In this document: positions 51,511 to 60,461 of the stretch, one piece after another
Layout of the letters: every line of letters starts with the position of its first letter
Position numbering within the stretch: the stretch's first letter is position 1
The notes under the pieces: model-generated
What the model saw: the letters and a program-made list of their open reading frames with translations, nothing else
What the model was told of the DNA's origin: nothing
Databases searched by the model: none
Position numbers and translations under genes: made by a program
Assembly: GCA_964484465.1 (NCBI GenBank)
Contig: CAZAFL010000007.1
Coordinates: forward strand, 16,567 to 80,566
Length of the DNA: 64,000 nucleotides
Direction of reading: 5' to 3'
Source of the DNA: an uncultured Chlorobiaceae bacterium
GTDB taxonomy: Bacteria > Bacteroidota > Ignavibacteria > UBA10030 > SZUA-254

Positions 51511-52104
51511 TTACAGACTAAGCTCGAGCTGAAATTGTGAAATTCCGGAGATTCTTGAAGAAAGGCGATTAAGGGCATTCTTCACAGTTTGAACCTGCAC
51601 CGATAGGCACTGAGAAATTTCTTCATCACCAAAACCGCTAACTTTCATATCAATGATGGTTCGTTCATTCTGTGACAGGTGTGAAAGTTTTTGCTCAATA
51701 TCGATCTTGAATGAGACCTCGGTTTCAATATCGATGGCTGCGCTGATATTATCGGCGTATGTATCGTCTTCACCTTCAAAGACCGGGTTATGAACGGAGT
51801 ACAGTTCCAACCTTCCTTCGTAGTAATTGCGTTTGTTGAACACATCCCTCTTGTTAGTTCGTGAGTACCCTCGCATTTCGATTTGCACTTCCGCTCTGCG
51901 GAATTTCATATAATTGATGACAAGGGGTAACTCCATGATCTTACCCTCACCCGCCTTGCGCGTGAATACCTCGTATGCAAGAACTATAAGGTCCTGTACT
52001 TTATCCTCGAATTGTGGATGACGCTTATCGATCATTCGTTGCGCTGCTTTGTATAAACTTGGTGTGTAATTTGAGAAAATGGAGTTGAGTTGTTGGTGGG
52101 ACAT
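51511..52104 (-). CDS. Phage-like sigma-70-family protein
   Basis: C-terminal sigma-4-like LSQNERTIIDMKVSGFGDEEISQCL...TVKNALNR. Confidence 0.65.
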   Translation of the reverse strand: MSHQQLNSIFSNYTPSLYKAAQRMIDKRHPQFEDKVQDLIVLAYEVFTRKAGEGKIMELPLVINYMKFRRAEVQIEMRGYSRTNKRDVFNKRNYYEGRLELYSVHNPVFEGEDDTYADNISAAIDIETEVSFKIDIEQKLSHLSQNERTIIDMKVSGFGDEEISQCLSVQVQTVKNALNRLSSRISGISQFQLELSL

Positions 52105-52182
52105 ATTGGCCTCCTGAATTGGGGTAATGGTTAAATGATTACTGGTTTATTGATAGAAATAGATCTTATTATTCTTGATCAG

Positions 52183-52234
52183 GTCCTTCGACTCATCCCG
52201 TCCCGATATATCGGGACGGGATTCGCTCAGGACG
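52183..52234. repeat. REP-like element with inserted 28 bp perfect palindrome
   Basis: GTCCTTCGACTC[ATCCCGTCCCGATATATCGGGACGGGAT]TCGCTCAGGAC. Confidence 0.6.
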
Positions 52235-52322
52235 AATTTTTCGTCCTCACATATCGGTACTCAAAATTCGATTGACCGCTTGTAAGAAATCATCATTTTT
52301 ATATAGAGACCGAAGTCAAGGG

Positions 52323-52378
52323 TCCCGCCCCGAGAATCGGGGCGGGATTTAAATGCCGTCACCTGTTTTGTGACGGCA
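52323..52378. repeat. Two adjacent GC-rich hairpins
   Basis: TCCCGCCCCGA-GAA-TCGGGGCGGGA and TGCCGTCAC-N7-GTGACGGCA. Confidence 0.7.
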
Positions 52379-52507
52379 GACTCGCCCTTGACGAGGTCAT
52401 TGAGAACAAATTACAATTACAAGCGGTCAATCAGCTCGAATGACCGGCGTTCTTTTGAGATGATTGAATGATGGGATTGAGATGCGGGATTACCATGGCA
52501 GTCGGAA

Positions 52508-52621
52508 CGGCATTTCCTGGATTTTAAAAATCCTATAACAACAATGATTGTTTTTTAAAATCCAGGATATGCCGACGCGAACACTATTGCGCCGAAGGTG
52601 CAATTTCTTCAATTGAGTGTT
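52508..52621. repeat. Structured repeat family 2, copy B
   Basis: CGGCATTTCCTGGATTTTAAAAA...TTTTTAAAATCCAGGATATGCCG; TTGCGCC-GAA-GGTGCAA; GAGTGTT. Confidence 0.85.
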
Positions 52622-52759
52622 TGTGCGAGAAGAACCATAGGGTACGGCAGAACAATGAAAGGCTATCATAAAACCTGTCTACCCTGTGGTTTTGAGCGCA
52701 CATACACAATTCTATTGATCAGAATCAGGGAATGAGTGTGATTCGTATGGGTGGGGTTT

Positions 52760-52873
52760 CGGCATTTCCTGCCATTAAGAAAATCGAGAAAAAGCTATAG
52801 TGTTTTCTAATGGCAGGATATGCCGGCGTTGCAGTATTTGCCCCAAAGGGGCAAAGTTAACGAAGGAGTGCTT
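52760..52873. repeat. Structured repeat family 2, copy C
   Basis: CGGCATTTCCTGCCATTA...TAATGGCAGGATATGCCG; TTTGCCCC-AAA-GGGGCAAA; GAGTGCTT. Confidence 0.85.
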
Positions 52874-52982
52874 GCTTGGACGAAGTGAAAGCATGCACAA
52901 ATTAATAACGCGTGGTGGGTTGGGGTTTGAACGATGTACAGCGGGATGGAATTACTTAGTATCCAGATCAGCTAATTCATTT

Positions 52983-54266
52983 TCAATTGTTATGCTCCTG
53001 AAGTATGGTAAACAGTTTATCCTTTGTTTCTTTCACAGAACGTTCCAAATGCGCAGTTTCTCTTAAATGAAAAAACAACGTGTCGGAAAGAGTAAGAAAG
53101 TGGATGGACATGAACAACAATACTTTGCCGACCATCGCGACAGTAACGAGAACAATCTTGATACCTTCATTCCAGTTATGTAACATGCCAATGCCTTCAC
53201 CTTGCGGTAAAATCAGGGTGAACGAACCCTGGATTCCAAAATATAAGAACAGAGCAACCACTATAGATCGAGGGAGAGAGAAAAATTTGCTCGTGGACGT
53301 GCTCACGAAAAATGCCATTGCGACAGTAGCCAGAACCCCTGCCATCATGCTAAATACAATGGAAATGATCTGACTTTCCTCAGAATGAGATTTTGACGAC
53401 CATTGGAGAATTATTTCAAGAGAAAATATCATAAGAAAGATCACTACCGGTACTTGCCAATTCATTTTTCTTTCCCTAATCACCACCTCTTTCTCCCTGA
53501 AACCACTCGAAGGAAGAAAGCCCGGAAGTGGGTCGCTCTCTTGTTTCTGCACTGTATCGACTGTTCTATCTGTGAGTATTAAAAAACATATGTAAAGGTA
53601 TACACTATCAAGGTTGTTCAGAAGGTCAAGTATTGGATTTACCCAAAATTCTTTAAGCTGAAGGTATTCAAAAATGGAAAAAGAGAAATATAGCAAGCTC
53701 CACAAAATCCAAACCACTTGCCAAAACTCCCAGAACTGCTTGGTAGCAATTGATGCTCTTTGGTCTTCCGGTAAAGAGAGAGGCTGGAGGCCAAATCGTA
53801 TCACGAAGAGAACAAAGGTTGCTGCAATCCCCTGAATTCCAAAGGAAAGCACCTTAAAAGGTGGAAAGTTAGGATTGACTGTAAGGACCAACGCCATCAT
53901 GAGGATCGAACCCAATGTAAGACCATAGATTATGAATCCAGCGGGATAACGCAAGGCCGATGAGACCCATTCCCCGAAGGTATTCTCTCTATTTGGCCTG
54001 GGGAGAAAAATGGCCCTCTGGACAAGTAATGAGAGTCGTTTTGTCAATGTGACCGCCGGGAAATGAGGTCTACGCGTATGTTGTGATTCTATTTGAAACC
54101 AGGCGGAATCAAACTCTCGCACCGAATGGATGAGTTTCGTGCAATCTTTGCATTGCGCAAGATGGTTGTCCATAGCAAGGTTATCATCATCCGATAATAA
54201 CCCATCAACATACTTGCACGCATTTTCGAATGTAACATGCAGGTCTTTTTCGAATTCCCTGGTCAT
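52983..54266 (-). CDS. Zinc-finger (HxxxCxxC) anti-sigma factor fused to a polytopic membrane domain
   Basis: N-terminal HLAQCKDC; about 7-8 hydrophobic segments; overlaps the sigma gene stop (ATGA). Confidence 0.8.
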   Translation of the reverse strand: MTREFEKDLHVTFENACKYVDGLLSDDDNLAMDNHLAQCKDCTKLIHSVREFDSAWFQIESQHTRRPHFPAVTLTKRLSLLVQRAIFLPRPNRENTFGEWVSSALRYPAGFIIYGLTLGSILMMALVLTVNPNFPPFKVLSFGIQGIAATFVLFVIRFGLQPLSLPEDQRASIATKQFWEFWQVVWILWSLLYFSFSIFEYLQLKEFWVNPILDLLNNLDSVYLYICFLILTDRTVDTVQKQESDPLPGFLPSSGFREKEVVIRERKMNWQVPVVIFLMIFSLEIILQWSSKSHSEESQIISIVFSMMAGVLATVAMAFFVSTSTSKFFSLPRSIVVALFLYFGIQGSFTLILPQGEGIGMLHNWNEGIKIVLVTVAMVGKVLLFMSIHFLTLSDTLFFHLRETAHLERSVKETKDKLFTILQEHNN

Positions 54267-55222
54267 TTCATAACCAACCCTCTCATGACAAATTTTTGCT
54301 TTGTATCTTCAAGCACCGAGTGAGACCAATGACTTATTATGCTTGCTTCATCTTCAATGTTGTTTCCTCTTTCCCCGTAATACATTGCGAGGAAAGTAGT
54401 TCCTACCACTAGTTCGAGATATTCCGCCAGCCTCTTTTGGTTAACTCTGTCCTTTTCCTTTATGGTCTGGTTTAGTTTTTTTTCCATCTTTTTTCGGAGA
54501 GCTACGAATTCATTTGTAAGATCGCATGTAGCATAAGATTTCTCAATATCAGCGGCCAGCAACATAAGTTTGGTAGCAGATTTCTTCAACGCGATGTCGG
54601 CCGGCTTCCATCCCAACAAGCGATTATAGAAAAAAACCAGGAAGCACCAGGGGTAACAAACCTCAACTGCAATTGCAATAATCCGCTGAATCCTAGCGTC
54701 TGGCTCCAAGTCTTTATTCCGGGGAGTATCATCAAGCGATCCGCCCGCTTCATCCCCCTCTTTCGAATGGAACCGCTTCTTGAAAAAATTAATAGCCGTA
54801 TTCCTTATTACTATGAATAACCAAGTGGAAAACCTCGCTTCCGGAATAAATCTTGGTGCAGCGAGTTCAACTTTAATCCAAACTTCCTGACCAATGTCAT
54901 TGCAATCGTCTTTGTTTGCCCAGTCGATATATCGAACCTGATGACTAATAATCCGCTCAACATATCTTCTGTAAAGCTCATAAAGATAAGCTGTCGATCC
55001 TTGACGATACAATTCAAGTTGAACAGTTATATGATCATAGAGTAATATTTTCAAATGACTGAGTGCATTTTCTGAAACCTCAAAAGAATGTTTGAGATAA
55101 TCTGATTTTGTTGCCTGTAAGATCGCTTCACGTTTCTCTGTCGGTACAAAAGCAAAACTCATGAGGTGCCCAGTGAGCGCCTGCACATATTTCGTCCAGA
55201 TATCCTCTGTGGGTTCTTTCAT
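54263..55222 (-). CDS. Atypical ECF sigma factor with N- and C-terminal extensions
   Basis: DIGQEVWIKV...RFSTWLFIVIRNTAINFFKK region 2; degenerate region 4 LLGWKPADIA. Confidence 0.75.
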   Translation of the reverse strand: MKEPTEDIWTKYVQALTGHLMSFAFVPTEKREAILQATKSDYLKHSFEVSENALSHLKILLYDHITVQLELYRQGSTAYLYELYRRYVERIISHQVRYIDWANKDDCNDIGQEVWIKVELAAPRFIPEARFSTWLFIVIRNTAINFFKKRFHSKEGDEAGGSLDDTPRNKDLEPDARIQRIIAIAVEVCYPWCFLVFFYNRLLGWKPADIALKKSATKLMLLAADIEKSYATCDLTNEFVALRKKMEKKLNQTIKEKDRVNQKRLAEYLELVVGTTFLAMYYGERGNNIEDEASIISHWSHSVLEDTKQKFVMRGLVMK

Positions 55223-55481
55223 AAATGAAACAGTTCCTTCTGAGATGTGTCCGCGATTATCAGACGCCGGCCGTGATCCTGAAAATCAGGGAATAATGTA
55301 TGCAGCATATTTACGAAAAGCAAACACACCTTCTTTCAAAGGTTAAACATTTGGTAGTGTCAATTATCCCACCACGTCGGAAAAAAACGCAAATATTCGC
55401 CGAAATTCATGTTATGCCGGGCATGGTATCAAGTAATTTCCAATTCAAAGGTTCAACATAGCAAGAAAGGAGGTGATAATC

Positions 55482-55598
55482 ATGAAAGCGATAATCATGG
55501 CATTGTTGAGTGCATTGCATATGCATTCTCAAGTTCATGCGACTACAGCAGTGGATTCGCCATTCATTTGTCGAACGCCCCCGATCCCATGCTGCTGA
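55482..55598 (+). CDS. Small Cys-tailed peptide (38 aa), absent from ORF track
   Basis: AAGGAGGTGA RBS; MKAIIMALLSALHMHSQVHATTAVDSPFICRTPPIPCC*. Confidence 0.75.
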   Translation: MKAIIMALLSALHMHSQVHATTAVDSPFICRTPPIPCC

Positions 55599-55620
55599 TA
55601 TCCGCAACGCCGTACCCCAA

Positions 55621-55648
55621 GGGTGGGTCCAGCAATCCGGGCCCACCC
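55621..55648 (+). other. Stem-loop between peptide gene and acyltransferase genes
   Basis: GGGTGGGTCC / GGGCCCACCC stem with no U-tract. Confidence 0.6.
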
Positions 55649-55684
55649 ACATTTACCAACTTTGAGAACATAGGAGAACACGGT

Positions 55685-56605
55685 ATGGATAGAAGGGACA
55701 CTGAAGATATACTCGTCGGGACAATGAACAAATTCTTGCCAACATCTTGTCATGATTTTGGGGCGCTTTTGACAAGCAGGATTTCATTGAAACTCTTTTC
55801 GAGAGATCAAAAACGAATTCGTCAGATCCTATTACATGCCATTCCCACAATGAGAATATCTGAATGCGATCGAGCCCTCTCAAAACGAGAGCACATTCTC
55901 CATACGAACCTTTGGGATCTTGCTCTTGCGTCCAGCCATCCCATGACATTTGCGAAAGTGGCTAGTCAAATAACGCACGACTTTTCAGGTTTAGGTCCAT
56001 TAGAACTTGCAGTTTCCTCGAAGCGGCCTGTATTGCTTGTAACGATGTACAGTGGACGAATGACAATGTCGTCGTTTTCGATGATTAGCCATGTTTTGCC
56101 GAGACATCAGATTGTGTTGTACATGTATCTCAACCCTACGATGGCACCCTTTTGGCGAAACCTGGTTTCCAGATGCTTACCGGAAGTATCAAGCTACTTT
56201 CAACCGATTGCTTTCACGCGTGGACGTGAAGATCGCAATGTCGAGAGGCTTCTTTTGCGACGACTTATTTCTCGCGATGCATGTATTTTTTTTGGTTTTG
56301 TTGATACAATTCTTTTCCCAATAGGTTCACCAACGATTCCGCTTCCCTGGTTGGGTTCGTCCTTCGAAACGTCTGAGTTTCTTGCCCGGATAGCTCGGAC
56401 AGGAGATTGTTCAGTTCTCGCTTTTGAGTCACATTGGGATTCAGAAAGCAGGAATTGCATCCGATACACGGCTACCAAGTTGTTCGACCATGCATCGGAG
56501 GTGAACGGAACAGAATTCAATAAAGCAATCCTTGGGTATGCACAGAATTTTGTTCTGGAGAACCCCCACGAGTGGCACAGTTGGCATTCGGTATTTCATT
56601 CTTAA
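55685..56605 (+). CDS. Divergent LpxL/LPLAT-like acyltransferase homolog (catalytic His apparently replaced)
   Basis: AGGAG RBS before ATG 55685; LLVTMYSGR at the usual HxG position, GFVD, LARIAR, FVLENPHEWHSW. Confidence 0.6.
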   Translation: MDRRDTEDILVGTMNKFLPTSCHDFGALLTSRISLKLFSRDQKRIRQILLHAIPTMRISECDRALSKREHILHTNLWDLALASSHPMTFAKVASQITHDFSGLGPLELAVSSKRPVLLVTMYSGRMTMSSFSMISHVLPRHQIVLYMYLNPTMAPFWRNLVSRCLPEVSSYFQPIAFTRGREDRNVERLLLRRLISRDACIFFGFVDTILFPIGSPTIPLPWLGSSFETSEFLARIARTGDCSVLAFESHWDSESRNCIRYTATKLFDHASEVNGTEFNKAILGYAQNFVLENPHEWHSWHSVFHS

Positions 56606-56615
56606 GGAGGTCAAT

Positions 56616-57566
56616 ATGGATTTCTCCAATTTCTATTTCCGATTACTTGAGCGTAAACACGGCGCAGCGTTGCTCCGAACGTTGGCAGCAGCAAGACGTC
56701 TAATTTCAAAAATTGCACTTTTTGTTGCGTTGAAGCGCCAGTTACAGTATTACCGCCAGAGTTCGAAGGCGATAGAAGTATCTCTTCCTCATACCTCTCT
56801 CCAAGAACGAGAAACAATAGCGAGGTCAAGTTACGAAGCGACAATTGAGCAATTCTTTCACTATTCGCAACTTCTTTCACCTCAATGTATGCAGAGCGAG
56901 CTTGAACGTTCGAAAGAGTATTGCGTGCGAGGGACCCAATTCTTAGATAACGTGCTATCGAGTACATCTGGAGCGGTTTTCGTATCTTGTCACTTGGGCC
57001 GTTTCTATGACATTCTTCTGGCGTTAGCGCCGAGAGCGATGGGCCGACAAATAATCATTCTTCGAGGTTACTCTTCACCTTGGCGTTCAGCGATCCTCGG
57101 AAACATCAGCCAGTTAACCTCCACCAAGTTTAACGATCTCGAAATCCTTGACCGCCGCACGGGCCTCGCTGCACACAGAAAGTTACAGGAAGGTGCGTTT
57201 CTTGCTACGATGGTGGATTATCATTACGCCAATACTCGCTCGTGCCAATGCGATTTTTTTGGTCAACCAATTAATGTTCCTGTCGGGATGGCAATCCTTG
57301 CAAGCAGAGCCCATGTCCCTCTTATCCCTGTTGTGACTTACCTGGACAGCAGCTCCGGAAGCCGTGTGGTCGAATTGTGTGGAAACATTAATGTGAGTTC
57401 AGGAAAGCATGGTCCTGAGGGGGCGATTAATGAATGTTTGCACTTCTTTGAAACGAGAATACGAAATTTTCCCGGTCAGTGGTTACATTGGCCGTTGCTA
57501 CCAGAATTGTGGGTGTCGAATGAGATCAAATCTGAAGAAGAGCATCTTAGGAAGAATCAATTCTAA
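56616..57566 (+). CDS. LpxL/LPLAT-like acyltransferase
   Basis: AAGGAGG RBS; FVSCHLGRFYD, MVDY...DFFGQP...GMAILA...PLIPV, ETRIRNFPGQWLHW. Confidence 0.8.
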   Translation: MDFSNFYFRLLERKHGAALLRTLAAARRLISKIALFVALKRQLQYYRQSSKAIEVSLPHTSLQERETIARSSYEATIEQFFHYSQLLSPQCMQSELERSKEYCVRGTQFLDNVLSSTSGAVFVSCHLGRFYDILLALAPRAMGRQIIILRGYSSPWRSAILGNISQLTSTKFNDLEILDRRTGLAAHRKLQEGAFLATMVDYHYANTRSCQCDFFGQPINVPVGMAILASRAHVPLIPVVTYLDSSSGSRVVELCGNINVSSGKHGPEGAINECLHFFETRIRNFPGQWLHWPLLPELWVSNEIKSEEEHLRKNQF

Positions 57567-58019
57567 GCTGCGTGGAATTCAATTTCTCCGAGATCTTTTG
57601 TTTGTCTTGAAATAACCTTTGTGATGTCATTCGTAAGATGTTTCCAGCGGATGCAAATAGTTTCACCCTGTTTGTTTTGGTTTAGTGCCCGCCGCCCCAG
57701 TTCCTTACCTTTATTGAAGAGGATGCGTCCGCTTTGCTCCGTTTCCGGTGCTTTTAGAACCCACTCAATTATTGCCAAGAGAACGTTCTGGTCACATTTT
57801 ATGCTATTGAATTCCTTCGGTCGTCCGGCTAACAGCGAGACTCAGGGCATATTTCCTCTCCCTTCACGAGGTGAGGAGGACAGATTTATCACCCACGTGC
57901 AGATGCTCTCGCCTGCCGAGCATTGCATTACCTAGAGAGGGATTTTTATTTGAACTTGTTGGAGTGGGCTCTGCTAGACCAGCAAGGAATGTTAGCCGTG
58001 AGCATTTGTCGGGTTGCTC

Positions 58020-58424
58020 TCAGGCGAAGGGTAAGCCTTTTGGGGTGAAGGCGTCCAACGCAAGGTGTATCAAATAAGCAGCGATTGCGACGAGGAGAAG
58101 AAGGAGAATGAGCTGCACCCACGGGTCTGCCTCCTTAACCTTCTCTAAAAAAAGGCTCTCTTGTGTCAATTCCTTCCAGACTTGAACCCCGACATAACCT
58201 ACCGCGAGTCCAAACACAAAACTGTGACAGAATTCTCTGTGATTCGGATGCAATGCGGGCTCAAGAATATCGGGAAACCTACCAGTGGCGGCGCCGGTAA
58301 CGCCGCAGAAGATGAGATGACCCAAATCGGCGGGTTGACCGGGGCGTGTTTTTTCTTGCAAGATAAAGGAGGTCGCGACTCCGGCGAGCATTCCTGTTAA
58401 AGTGTGTGTCTTTCCGTTTGGCAT
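58020..58424 (-). CDS. YdjM-like membrane metal-dependent hydrolase
   Basis: GKTH, PDILEP, HREFCHS, HLALDAFTPKGLP. Confidence 0.85.
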   Translation of the reverse strand: MPNGKTHTLTGMLAGVATSFILQEKTRPGQPADLGHLIFCGVTGAATGRFPDILEPALHPNHREFCHSFVFGLAVGYVGVQVWKELTQESLFLEKVKEADPWVQLILLLLLVAIAAYLIHLALDAFTPKGLPFA

Positions 58425-58460
58425 ATCTTGTTTTCCTTTCTCAGATAAAAATAATTTCTA

Positions 58461-59813
58461 TTAGAGGTCAAGCCATACCGTATCGCCTGCTCCGAGATAC
58501 GCTTCGCACTTGGAACATGATAGATTGGGTTTTACTGACCAATTTTCCAGCGTTCCGGTCATCCCGTCGAATTTTTTGATGACTAGAGGATAGTCCCCAG
58601 GGCGATAACCAACAAGCAGTTGCATAACCTCATTCATTGCAGCACTTGCGAGTAAGCCATTGAAACTAACAACCTGTGCTTGTTTATCAGTTCCCTGAAA
58701 GTAACTGCGTGGTTTACCGCCTGTTTCTACACTAAGTTTGCGACCTGATAAGAAACCCATACACCACATACACAATTGGCCGGGGACCAAAGTAAGCACA
58801 TTCCCTCCAATACTCGCAGAGTCATGCCCATTCGGAGTGATAAGTAATCCAATGTCCACATAGGGAATACAATAGCGGAGACAAATTTCCTGGATGTCTG
58901 ATCGGGTTGTTAAACTATCAACGCACCCTACTACGATGTCTGCCCGTTTAAGCCGGTCAATTGCTTCCTTAGAAGGAACTTTGTATGGAACCGGTGTGAA
59001 TGTAATGGTTCGGTTAATCCGACTAACAAGGTTTGCCATAACTTTGGTTTTCTTGTGCTTCATCCGCACATTGAACCTCGAAAGTCCAACCATACGATGA
59101 CGGTTCTCTTCTTCTGAGACATCATCATCGATTCCAATAATTTCGCCGATACCCAAGTGAGCCGCCTGCTGCACCACATGGCTTCCTCCGCCGCTCAGGC
59201 CGACAACCGCTATCTTCGCACCTTGCAATCGCCGTTGCCCCCTATTCCCAATTAGCAACGCCTGCCGATGGTACATGCGATCGACAGGATTGTGTGTTGA
59301 TGTGATGCTATCGTCATCCCAATCGACCATAGTATTTCGCAACCAGCGCATGCGAGAAATTTCTCTGAAGTGGGCTGTCTCAGGCATAAGGATGAGACCG
59401 GATGCATGCTCCTCCCCTATGACAATTGAACCGTGTGGCCGCCACGGGACCAAGTTTTGATATGTAGGTAAAAGAGTCTTTGCGCTCTGGAGGTCGTCTT
59501 TAGAAAGACCAACCTTACCCTTGTGCCCGTGCGCGTGAAAAATGATGATACCAAGCTTCTTTTCTATCGCTTCATTGATGATGTGGATTGTCGCAGAACC
59601 ACGCCACATTGCGCCATGATGAGTTGTTTCAACGTATTGCTCTTCATGCAGTGTGAAGAGCTTCTTTATCAAGAGAAGGCTCTTGTCAGTTGTTTCTGCG
59701 CTACTGATGAGGGCGAAGACAACATGCTCATACCTGCCAGGACGAAAAACCTCCTCTTTCAGTTTCTTCCCCAAACGATCAGGAATTCGAACTTCAATTG
59801 GTTTTTGTATCAT
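58461..59813 (-). CDS. JAB/MPN peptidase - ThiF/E1 fusion (BubCD-like)
   Basis: FHAHG...SKDD JAB motif; GLSGGGS, DDD, RHR, GCVDS adenylation motifs; CMWC and CSKC zinc ligands. Confidence 0.85.
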   Translation of the reverse strand: MIQKPIEVRIPDRLGKKLKEEVFRPGRYEHVVFALISSAETTDKSLLLIKKLFTLHEEQYVETTHHGAMWRGSATIHIINEAIEKKLGIIIFHAHGHKGKVGLSKDDLQSAKTLLPTYQNLVPWRPHGSIVIGEEHASGLILMPETAHFREISRMRWLRNTMVDWDDDSITSTHNPVDRMYHRQALLIGNRGQRRLQGAKIAVVGLSGGGSHVVQQAAHLGIGEIIGIDDDVSEEENRHRMVGLSRFNVRMKHKKTKVMANLVSRINRTITFTPVPYKVPSKEAIDRLKRADIVVGCVDSLTTRSDIQEICLRYCIPYVDIGLLITPNGHDSASIGGNVLTLVPGQLCMWCMGFLSGRKLSVETGGKPRSYFQGTDKQAQVVSFNGLLASAAMNEVMQLLVGYRPGDYPLVIKKFDGMTGTLENWSVKPNLSCSKCEAYLGAGDTVWLDL

Positions 59814-60172
59814 TCGTGTTTGGCAAACCTTCTGAGCGCACCTTCAATGAATTGTACAATGGTGTGCTGATTGGGATCCCACGAGAGCTGGTAGGAAAAC
59901 TGCATCCAGCTTTCACCCTCAATGGCAACAACACTTGTACTCCGGGGGTCGCGGCCGTTAGCCAATTTGATGCCAGGTTTGACATAGATTTCAGGCGTCG
60001 CCTGACCGAGTCGGACTACAAGCAATACCGGGGTAGATTGGGGATTGCATCCATCTGGCAATGCGACTGCAGCAATTTTAACAAAAGTTGCCGAGGCATT
60101 CGCTGCCATACTGACAGAATGGTATTGTTCCTTGACCTCCTCGAGGCCGGGTGATATAACTTCTGCGGTCAT
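59810..60172 (-). CDS. Prokaryotic E2-like protein lacking canonical catalytic Cys (BubB-like)
   Basis: LPDG...WMQFSY...WDPNQHTI pattern; between the Ubl and E1 genes. Confidence 0.7.
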   Translation of the reverse strand: MTAEVISPGLEEVKEQYHSVSMAANASATFVKIAAVALPDGCNPQSTPVLLVVRLGQATPEIYVKPGIKLANGRDPRSTSVVAIEGESWMQFSYQLSWDPNQHTIVQFIEGALRRFAKHE

Positions 60173-60181
60173 TCTCGCCTC

Positions 60182-60448
60182 CTAGCTAATACTTCCTGCA
60201 GGAAGAAGGACGAAGTGATCCCCCTCTTTTATCTCGATTACCTGGTCATCTGGTACAAATTCTATCTTCCCGTGGACTCGATGGCCGAGGTCATTGTTTG
60301 GTGGGACGCTTGCTTTCGCCTTAATTTGTGCGCCGGTCACATGGTCTACATCGAACTCAATTTTTCGGTGATCGGTCTTCGAGAATTCCACGAAGATGTG
60401 AATTGCCTTTTCAGTTTTCGGTTTAGTTATTGCTTCAGTAGGTTGCAT
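60182..60448 (-). CDS. Ubiquitin-like (multiubiquitin-type beta-grasp) protein (BubA-like)
   Basis: VTGAQIK...DDQVIEIKEGDHF pattern; ends PAG-SIS. Confidence 0.75.
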   Translation of the reverse strand: MQPTEAITKPKTEKAIHIFVEFSKTDHRKIEFDVDHVTGAQIKAKASVPPNNDLGHRVHGKIEFVPDDQVIEIKEGDHFVLLPAGSIS

Positions 60449-60461
60449 TCTTCGGTCCTCT

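Noticed and set aside
49305-52873. CRISPR array
   Set aside because: Copies are few, dispersed, long and unevenly spaced; no cas genes
55409-55684. N-terminal extension of the first acyltransferase in the ORF track
   Set aside because: Overlaps the RBS-supported peptide gene and hairpin; a better RBS precedes ATG 55685
57563-57935. 71 aa and 104 aa ORFs after the acyltransferases
   Set aside because: No recognisable domain or convincing start; possibly a remnant
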